From Candidatus Moraniibacteriota bacterium (GTDB taxonomy: Bacteria; Patescibacteriota; Minisyncoccia; Moranbacterales; UBA2206): a stretch of DNA of 64,000 nucleotides. The first letter of the stretch is position 1. Each line of letters opens with the position of its first letter. The stretch spans positions 75,690 to 139,689 of the forward strand of contig JBAQNM010000004.1 in the NCBI GenBank assembly GCA_049303795.1. Direction: 5' to 3'. A program made the translations under genes and the position numbers. Positions 57,102-64,000 of this stretch are shown piece after piece. The notes beneath the pieces were generated by a model. The model was given only the letters and a program-made list of their open reading frames with translations. It had not been told where the DNA came from and made no database searches.

Positions 57102-60100
57102 CTAATCCTTAATCACTACCGCACCTTTATCACTTTTTAATTTCTTAAATAAAACATATTTTGTTCCATTGTAATAACGACAGAAATTATTAGAAATAAT
57201 TTCTTCTTTGGGAATTTCTTCAATTCTTCGTCCTTTTTTCAAGCTTTCCGCTTCGGCAATTATCGCCTGTTCTTCTTCCAAAATTCGTTGATCTGTTTCG
57301 TTCAGTTTGATTGGATAATCCTTCCCATTTAAATTAAACTCGCTAATAATCTTGCGCGTATCTTTGAGACTGACTTTACCGGATTTTTTTTCTGAAAATT
57401 TAAACCACTTAATATTTTCCCTACCAATTTCTTCTATCATATCATCAAAATCAATTTCCAGATCTTCCACTTTTTTTATTGTCAAAATTTTTGCTTTATA
57501 ATTATTTCCGGAGGAAATTTCTCCGCTTTCATTTTCCACTATTTCAAATCCCAATTTCCTAAGGTTTTCAAAAAAACCGGCGGATTTTTTATAATCAAAA
57601 GAATAATCAAAAATAATCGCCACACGCCCATCTTTTTTTAAAACTCCATTCAACTCATAGAAAATTTTGGCTCTTTCATAATCTTCATTTTTGATCACTA
57701 AGCTTGATTCCTGAATTGCCAAATTGAGCGTAGCATAATCAAATGTTTTTTCTTTGAATGGCAAATTAGCAAAACTGCCTGCCACTGCCTTTCCTGAAAC
57801 CGCCTTAGCAAAATGATGAGCATTGAGATCAAGACTAAAAATATTTTTTTGCATTTCCACGCTAGAATGTTTGTATAAAAGTTCCGGTCCGCTAGCTAAA
57901 TCAATGACTTGCATTTTCCCGCCATTTTTTCCAGCCCCTTTCGACATGCGCTCTATAATTGATGCGCTCACTCTGGCAGTATTGGCCTGATAACTGCGTG
58001 CGCCCAATTCCTTATAGCACTCGGCATAACTTTCACCGTGCTGAAGTAGAAAATCAGAAAAATTTTTCTCTCCGATTTCTTTGGTATAGCCAAACATGCG
58101 CATTAATCTTTCCCAGGAGGAAAAATAATATTCGGCAAATTCGGCGTTAACTTCCAAACTGGAATCAAATTGTTTTTCATCTTTTTCTAGCATGGCTTTT
58201 TCCGCTTCGCTAATCGGAACTCCGGAGATTAATTTTTCAATCGCTCTTTCTTTAGTTCGAATATAACTATAAATTCCTTCTTCGATAGAATTAGAAGTGA
58301 CCATTGTCACGGCTGACAAATCATGTTTGAGGCCTTCGCGATAAGCGCGACCGATTTGTTGTTTTTTATCATAAATTGTCCAAGGTTCGTTATAATGAAT
58401 AACTTTATCTGCACCGGAAAAATCCACGCCAACATCCGCTGTGTCACCACTGACAAATAATACCATCTTCCCTTCGCCATTATTAAACTCATTTTGAATA
58501 TTCGTTCTTTGAGCGCGATCATCCTTGCCATGGATAGTTCGCACTACGACATTTTGTGGCAAATCAAGTTTAGGAATAATATTTTTTTCTCCCCGAATAA
58601 CATTTTCCACGTAGTCATTCACAAAAACAACAATCCTATCATTCACTGCCAAGGATTCATGCAACTCATCTTTGAGCGCAGAAATTTTACTGCCTTCAAT
58701 TTTTTCCGGAGCGGTAATATCCAGCATTTCCGGATTAAGCAAAAACTGGCGCATAATCTGAATTTTTTGCATCGCTGTCAATTCGTCTTCTTCGAGCAAT
58801 GTTTCATAGAGTTCTTTTTCCAACTCTGTCATTTCGATTCTTCTTTCTTCCACCAGAAACTCAGGCATGGCGATACTTTCCGCCAATTGTTTTTTCTGCA
58901 TTCGCGGAATAAGCAGATTTCGTAAATCAAGCATTTCGCCTCTGATGATTCTTTGCGATAACGTTTCGTTTTCCACCTCTTGATTCCCCACGTAAAATTT
59001 TTCCGGATAAAGCAATTTAAGAATCATCGCCACATCACTCACCTTGTTTGGCACCGGAGTACCAGAAAGAAGCGCTAGATATTCTTCCTCGCCTTGAATT
59101 TTTTGCGCCAATCTTTCCACATTTTCAAAACGCACGCCTTTGATATTTTTTATTTTATGCGCCTCATCCACAATCAACATATCAAAACCAGAATTTTCCA
59201 AAGAAGCTACATATTCATCTTTCATTTTTTCCTGAGAAATTAAAATGTAGTCAAACGGCTTATTTAATTTTTCAAGATCATCCAAAGATTTAATTATTAG
59301 AACTCTCGGAGCCAATCCCTTCTGAAAATATCCGTCTTTTTCATCGGACAAATATTTTTCCCACGTATCTTCGACATTACTTGGAACAATGATCAAGGCT
59401 TTTTTGAGTCCCAAATATTCCTTAGCCAAAATAACTGACGCACTTTTTCCCAGCCCCATCTCATCGGCAATCAACATTTTCTTTTTTTCTTTTATTTCTT
59501 GAATATTAACTAGCTGATTGATGTCCGGAAAAGTTCTTCCATGTTTTAGACTTTCCAAAATGCAATCTGGCTTTTTAAGATCGAGCAGAGAAAAATAATA
59601 GCCTTCCGCCTCAGTTATAATTTCCCAAAGCTCATCATCCTCTAAGCTCAACACTTCACTGCCCAATCTATCCAGCACTATTTTTATCAGTTGTCGAATA
59701 TCATCAATCTGGGCCTTTTTTTGCTCCTTTTGACAATCAGCCAAAATTCTTTCTTTTACTACTTCGAGTAGAGCGCTTTTGAAATCCGGATTGGATAGCA
59801 GTTCTTTACACGGCTCAAAAGTTGTCCAGTCGAGTGGTCTTTTTTGCATGGCGACTTCTCCCAAATATTCTGCCAGCTCACCATTTATATAATCCATTGG
59901 AATGCCTTTGAAATTTGGATGAAAATGTAAAAGGATATCTGTCATACGCGAAGAGCCAAAAAACGCCATCGCTTGTTCAATTTTTTTTGCATCAACCTTG
60001 CCTTCGCTAAGATTTTTCAAATATTCACTTAGCTCAATTCTATTCTCCTCAGATTTTCTTCTTTCCGCACCGACATTCACTCTTTTTATTTCCGGAAAAG

Positions 60101-61565
60101 CAAGGTTGATAAGATTGATCATGTTTTCAAGATTATCTTTTTTTGTACCAAAATTTTTAAGAAGTGTTCCACCCTTTCTCTTTTCAAGTCCGCTATCAGC
60201 ACCAAAGATTGTTTTTCGAAATTCTCCACTATCACAAAAACGTAAATCGATTGAAGAATTTTCTAACAATTTCTTGAGATGCTTCGGATTAGTATAGTCA
60301 AATTTTTCACGAACGATACCTATAGAATTTAGTAGAGCAATCATATTCTCAGCATCTGCATTTCCTGTGCCAAAATTTTTAAGAAGCACATGACCCACTC
60401 TTTTTTCAAATACACTGTCAACGCCAAAGGTTGCTTTTTGAAATTCTGTTGAGCCACAATTAGTTAGATCGATTGGCGAAGCATCAAACAATTTTTTAAG
60501 GTGTCCTAGATTTGAATAATCAAATTTTTCTCGAGCAATTCCAACAAAATTTAAAAGTGCAATCATATTATCAAAATCTACAACTTTCGTTCCGAAATTT
60601 CTAAGCAATGTCGTGCCTTTTCTTTCTTTAAATCTGCTACCAATACCAAAAGTTGCTTTTCCGAAATCACTAAAGCTACAAGAGATTAAATCAACTGGAG
60701 AATAGCTAAACATTTCTTTTAAATTTTCCAGATCAGCATATCCACATTCTAACTTTTTTTGCTTACAAGCAATTCCAGCAAAACTTAGAAGTGCAATCAT
60801 ATTGCTAGTGTTTACTTTTTTTGTACCAAAATTTTTAAGAAGTGCTGTGCCATTTTTCTTTTCAAATCTACTATTAGCACCAAATACTCCCTCCTGAAAT
60901 TCCACTAACCCGCAGGCAGTTAAATCAATTGTGGATTCTTTAAATAACTCACTAAGCTGCTCCGCGTTAGAGTAATCACATTCTGGCTTTTTTTGTTCAC
61001 GAGTGATTCCGACAAAATTTAAAAAAGCGACCATATTTTTAATATCTGCAACTCTTGTCCCAAAATTTTTAAGAAATGAATAGCCTCCTCTTTTTTCAAA
61101 TCTACTCTTGGCGCCAAAGGTTGCTCTCTGAAATTCACTACTGCCACAAGTCAATAAATCAATTGGTGAGTCCTGAAACATTTCTCGTAAATGCTCTGGG
61201 TTGGAATAACTACATTCTGGTTTTTTTTGCTCGCGAGCAATTCCGACAAAATTTAAAAGAGCGACCATATTGCTAAAATCTTGTTTTTTTGTACCAAAAT
61301 TATTAAGCAACGTTGCGCCTATCCTTTCTTTGAATTTATTATTAACGCCAAAGGTCGTTTCTGTAAATTCTCGCGCGCTGCAAATTGCCAAATCGATTGG
61401 CGAATCCTTTAGCATTTCTCGCAAGTGCTCTGGATTAGAATAATCGAGTTTTTCTTCAACTTCTTGTTTTTCTTTATTTTTTTCTTCAGCACAAATCTGA
61501 CAACTCATTTTCGGATTGCCATGCGCACACAATTGACTTGGGTTTGGAAATTTAAATTCGGACAT
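57102..61565 (-). CDS. Multidomain protein: six ~75 aa tandem repeats, SNF2-family helicase, and C-terminal SAM-methyltransferase-like domain (~1488 aa)
   Basis: SNF2 motifs: LIADEMGLGKSASVILAKEY (motif I), LIVDEAHKIKN (DEAH box), LLSGTPVPNKVSDV, and helicase-C ...IGRAYREG. C-terminal KMQVIDLASGPELL and GVLKKDGRVAIIFDY resemble methyltransferase motif I and a post-I motif. Start taken at the ATG at 61565. Confidence 0.7.
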   Translation of the reverse strand: MSEFKFPNPSQLCAHGNPKMSCQICAEEKNKEKQEVEEKLDYSNPEHLREMLKDSPIDLAICSAREFTETTFGVNNKFKERIGATLLNNFGTKKQDFSNMVALLNFVGIAREQKKPECSYSNPEHLREMFQDSPIDLLTCGSSEFQRATFGAKSRFEKRGGYSFLKNFGTRVADIKNMVAFLNFVGITREQKKPECDYSNAEQLSELFKESTIDLTACGLVEFQEGVFGANSRFEKKNGTALLKNFGTKKVNTSNMIALLSFAGIACKQKKLECGYADLENLKEMFSYSPVDLISCSFSDFGKATFGIGSRFKERKGTTLLRNFGTKVVDFDNMIALLNFVGIAREKFDYSNLGHLKKLFDASPIDLTNCGSTEFQKATFGVDSVFEKRVGHVLLKNFGTGNADAENMIALLNSIGIVREKFDYTNPKHLKKLLENSSIDLRFCDSGEFRKTIFGADSGLEKRKGGTLLKNFGTKKDNLENMINLINLAFPEIKRVNVGAERRKSEENRIELSEYLKNLSEGKVDAKKIEQAMAFFGSSRMTDILLHFHPNFKGIPMDYINGELAEYLGEVAMQKRPLDWTTFEPCKELLSNPDFKSALLEVVKERILADCQKEQKKAQIDDIRQLIKIVLDRLGSEVLSLEDDELWEIITEAEGYYFSLLDLKKPDCILESLKHGRTFPDINQLVNIQEIKEKKKMLIADEMGLGKSASVILAKEYLGLKKALIIVPSNVEDTWEKYLSDEKDGYFQKGLAPRVLIIKSLDDLEKLNKPFDYILISQEKMKDEYVASLENSGFDMLIVDEAHKIKNIKGVRFENVERLAQKIQGEEEYLALLSGTPVPNKVSDVAMILKLLYPEKFYVGNQEVENETLSQRIIRGEMLDLRNLLIPRMQKKQLAESIAMPEFLVEERRIEMTELEKELYETLLEEDELTAMQKIQIMRQFLLNPEMLDITAPEKIEGSKISALKDELHESLAVNDRIVVFVNDYVENVIRGEKNIIPKLDLPQNVVVRTIHGKDDRAQRTNIQNEFNNGEGKMVLFVSGDTADVGVDFSGADKVIHYNEPWTIYDKKQQIGRAYREGLKHDLSAVTMVTSNSIEEGIYSYIRTKERAIEKLISGVPISEAEKAMLEKDEKQFDSSLEVNAEFAEYYFSSWERLMRMFGYTKEIGEKNFSDFLLQHGESYAECYKELGARSYQANTARVSASIIERMSKGAGKNGGKMQVIDLASGPELLYKHSSVEMQKNIFSLDLNAHHFAKAVSGKAVAGSFANLPFKEKTFDYATLNLAIQESSLVIKNEDYERAKIFYELNGVLKKDGRVAIIFDYSFDYKKSAGFFENLRKLGFEIVENESGEISSGNNYKAKILTIKKVEDLEIDFDDMIEEIGRENIKWFKFSEKKSGKVSLKDTRKIISEFNLNGKDYPIKLNETDQRILEEEQAIIAEAESLKKGRRIEEIPKEEIISNNFCRYYNGTKYVLFKKLKSDKGAVVIKD
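60125..61450. repeat. Six tandem ~225 bp (75 aa) coding repeats at the 5' end of the SNF2/MTase gene
   Basis: Protein repeat consensus YSNPEHL.E.F.DSPIDL..C...EF..ATFG..SRFEKR.G..LLKNFGTK..D..NMIALLNFVGIAREQ. The DNA copies are recognisably similar but not identical, and in frame. Confidence 0.75.
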
Positions 61566-61595
61566 AAGTTTTATTTTCCCCTTCCATTGTAACAC

Positions 61596-61632
61596 AAAAA
61601 CCGGCCTTGCCTAAACAAAACCGGTTTTAAAA
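61596..61632. terminator. Bidirectional terminator-like hairpin
   Basis: aaaaccgg (61597-61604) - 16 nt loop - ccggtttt (61621-61628), flanked by A and T runs. Confidence 0.4.
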
Positions 61633-61652
61633 ATATCACTAGTAACAATAAA

Positions 61653-62090
61653 TTATTCCGTTGTCGTTCCATCAAATTCCGCTTCATTACTTTCCGCCTC
61701 AACTTTAGTGGCACGAACAATTCCATCTTTGTGATGAGCTGGAGAATAGATAGTATAGAGTTTTAAACTTTCTGTTTCAGAAACATTAATCACATTATGC
61801 TCAGCGCCAGCTGGCACAACAATCGCTACGCCATCACCAACCTCATATTCGTTTCCATCGATAATCACTTTTCCCTCACCTTTTTCAAAACGGAAAAATT
61901 GATCGTTTTCTGCGTGGACCTCCATACCAATTTCTTCTTTTGGCAAAAGACTCATTAACACCAACTGACTATGCTTTCCGGTGTAAAGTACTTTTCTAAA
62001 ATTATTATTTTCGAGAGTGTCTTTCTCTATGTTTCCCATAAATCCTTTCATATGTTTTTTATTATTCCAAACTACAAAATAAATATCCAA
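61653..62090 (-). CDS. Cupin domain protein
   Basis: GMEVHAENDQFFRFEKGEGKVIIDGNEYEVGDGVAIVVPAGAEHNVIN, a two-His plus Glu cupin motif pattern. Confidence 0.55.
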   Translation of the reverse strand: MDIYFVVWNNKKHMKGFMGNIEKDTLENNNFRKVLYTGKHSQLVLMSLLPKEEIGMEVHAENDQFFRFEKGEGKVIIDGNEYEVGDGVAIVVPAGAEHNVINVSETESLKLYTIYSPAHHKDGIVRATKVEAESNEAEFDGTTTE

Positions 62091-62123
62091 CCCTATTTTG
62101 TAATTTAAAATTTTATTAAATAA

Positions 62124-62474
62124 TTATTTAGCTTTTTTTATTATTTTAATTCCTCTAATCCCAAGAATAAACAAAATGATAATTACTAATTTTAAAATGT
62201 AGTGGCCATGCAAGTCGATAAAATCTCTCGTCATCGGAGTATTATTCCCAAATAAAAGATGTGAAGCAATGCCAATTGGCAAGGTCAGAAACAGCCAGTT
62301 TTTCCTGGGAATCTCTATGTTGATTTTTCTAAATATTTTGGAAAGCAAGGATGATAATAAATATATTCCCAAAAAGGCCACCGCGAAATCAAAAATAGCG
62401 TAATCGCCTAAGCGAAATTGTCTCAAAAATTCTATTGGAATCATATAGTTTGCATATAAATTACTTATTCTCAA
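62124..62474 (-). CDS. Hypothetical membrane protein (116 aa)
   Basis: Three hydrophobic helices. Confidence 0.35.
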   Translation of the reverse strand: MRISNLYANYMIPIEFLRQFRLGDYAIFDFAVAFLGIYLLSSLLSKIFRKINIEIPRKNWLFLTLPIGIASHLLFGNNTPMTRDFIDLHGHYILKLVIIILFILGIRGIKIIKKAK

Positions 62475-62595
62475 CTGTTTTTATTATGCCTGATTTTTGG
62501 ATAAAAAACAATAAAAAAAACCAGCAATCTCGTTGAGTGTTAACTCATGAGATTACTGGCAATTGAAAGTTTATATTTTGTCGTTATCTACCAAA

Positions 62596-63738
62596 TCAGA
62601 ACGGGTAAATTATTCCTGCGTCTTTGACTTCCGGTGCCTGATAAGCAACGTATTCTTCTTCGCGAAATTTATCAAACGCCGCAATGGTGCACTTTTCCGC
62701 ATCATCAGGATTGCCTGTCCCATCGAACTTTTCAAGGTAGGAATACATTGCGGCAGTCTCATTCGTGAAAATTGCGCCCTGTCCTTTCCATTTTCCTTCA
62801 GAAATCAATTCGAGCATAATATTCTCAAACTTTCCTTTTTGATTTCCAAAACCAGGTACCCAGAATGTCCCATAGGGACATAATTTACGAAGCATTCCTG
62901 TGGCTCGATGAGTCGAACCAGCCACCAGACCAAAAGGTGAGAGTTCGTCATAGATGAGGCCGTATTGTTGAGTCCATCTGCCCACATCTTCAGCTACACA
63001 CTCTTCCAGTGTTTTCCCGCGCTGAGGAATAAATAATTGTTGGTAATCCGGTCCGCTATCATTGGACGACTTGCAGACCACAATTATGCCTTTGCCTTTT
63101 TCCCGCATCAATCTCAATCCTTGCGCAGGAATGACGTTTTTCTTTTTTGCTTCATCAAGCAAGACAACGTCCTTCCCCATGTATATCAGAGTGTTCATCG
63201 TGTCGTATGGTAGATATGAGTGATCCATTTCGAGCTTTTCAAGGCTACCTATGAATCGGTTAAAATATCCGATCATTGTGGCCCCGAGATCACCTCGTTT
63301 GCAATCATGTTGGTAGATAATGCGGGTGTCCAGTTTTTTTTCAAGTTGCCGCATATAATCCACGACTCGCATCATCATGAAGTCACCGGGTGGACCCCAT
63401 TCTTGATACACTCCGTCCTGATCTTTGAATGTCCGAAGACCACAGACTTCAATCCAAATTCGAAGCATTTTCTTGGTGTAAATCTCGGCGGCCGCCATAA
63501 TCCCCGCCTTCACACGACGCATTTCCGGATCTTTCATATTGGTTAGTTCCAACAGCTTGAGATAATATTCATATTCCTCCCCGCTGGTAACACGTCCGTA
63601 AATGGCGTAGTTTTCTTCGCGTCCGGTGAACATGTGCGGACACGGCCCTGGGCACAAAAGTGTTTTTTGTACTCTTTGTGCCACTGCCAGTTCGTGATGT
63701 GCATGCTCAATCTGCATAAGTGGTAAATTTTCTGTCAT
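62596..63738 (-). CDS. GC-anomalous gene; possible OMP-decarboxylase-fold (TIM-barrel) protein
   Basis: Start at the ATG at 63738 with SD AAGGAG 9 nt upstream. IIYQHDCKRGDLGATM resembles the D-x-K-x-x-D-I-x-x-T motif of the ODCase/KGPDC fold. GC is about 44%. Confidence 0.3.
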   Translation of the reverse strand: MTENLPLMQIEHAHHELAVAQRVQKTLLCPGPCPHMFTGREENYAIYGRVTSGEEYEYYLKLLELTNMKDPEMRRVKAGIMAAAEIYTKKMLRIWIEVCGLRTFKDQDGVYQEWGPPGDFMMMRVVDYMRQLEKKLDTRIIYQHDCKRGDLGATMIGYFNRFIGSLEKLEMDHSYLPYDTMNTLIYMGKDVVLLDEAKKKNVIPAQGLRLMREKGKGIIVVCKSSNDSGPDYQQLFIPQRGKTLEECVAEDVGRWTQQYGLIYDELSPFGLVAGSTHRATGMLRKLCPYGTFWVPGFGNQKGKFENIMLELISEGKWKGQGAIFTNETAAMYSYLEKFDGTGNPDDAEKCTIAAFDKFREEEYVAYQAPEVKDAGIIYPF

Positions 63739-64000
63739 GATTTCACGTCTCCTTTTCATTTTCTCTTCATTTTTTTAGGTGCTTTTGAGCAGCCTATGCA
63801 AAATGCATATCTGCCACACTCTCCATCTGTCGGCTTTTTACAATCTGATGCTGGCTTTGCATTAAACTTTTTTCCATTTGAATTTTTTGGCATAAGCTTC
63901 ATTTCTCCTTTTATAATAAGAGTTCATAAAACTTCACAAAAAAATGCATCTATATATAACTGCTTTTGGCAGTGTTAATTTTTAACGAACTATTTATAGA

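Noticed and set aside
60125-61450. Regularly spaced DNA repeats that could be mistaken for a CRISPR array
   Set aside because: The repeat unit is ~225 bp and imperfect with no unique spacers. It lies in-frame within a 4.4 kb ORF and encodes a protein repeat.

Overview
This 64 kb window comes from a low-GC (~33%), gene-dense bacterial genome. Most genes are housekeeping genes: uvrA, uvrB, trpS, rnj, ychF, uppP, rpsF-ssb-rpsR, efp, smpB plus a tmRNA, infC (AUU start)-rpmI-rplT, lgt and recQ. Gene content and compactness are consistent with a CPR/Patescibacteria-like organism (inference). Four regions are unusual. (1) A two-gene cassette occurs three times: a ~145 aa membrane-anchored protein followed by a large, Sec-secreted, extremely Cys-rich repeat protein. 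All three large proteins end in the same C-terminal motif, C-x-[SP]-G-[NK]-W-[EI]-E-R. One copy lies next to an atypical thioredoxin-fold protein. (2) A ~9 kb island of clearly higher GC (~44%), bounded by terminators, carries six unknown genes (membrane proteins, an AAA+ ATPase, a coiled-coil protein). It is bracketed by paralogous lysozyme-like genes. (3) A minus-strand operon ending in recQ contains three diverging 330 aa paralogues, a 1021 aa unknown, and a 1488 aa fusion of six ~75 aa tandem repeats, an SNF2-family helicase and a methyltransferase-like domain. This is a candidate undescribed defence or DNA-modification module. (4) Two single-gene GC-rich islets, one encoding an outer-membrane-type beta-barrel. 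No tRNA, rRNA or CRISPR array was found.
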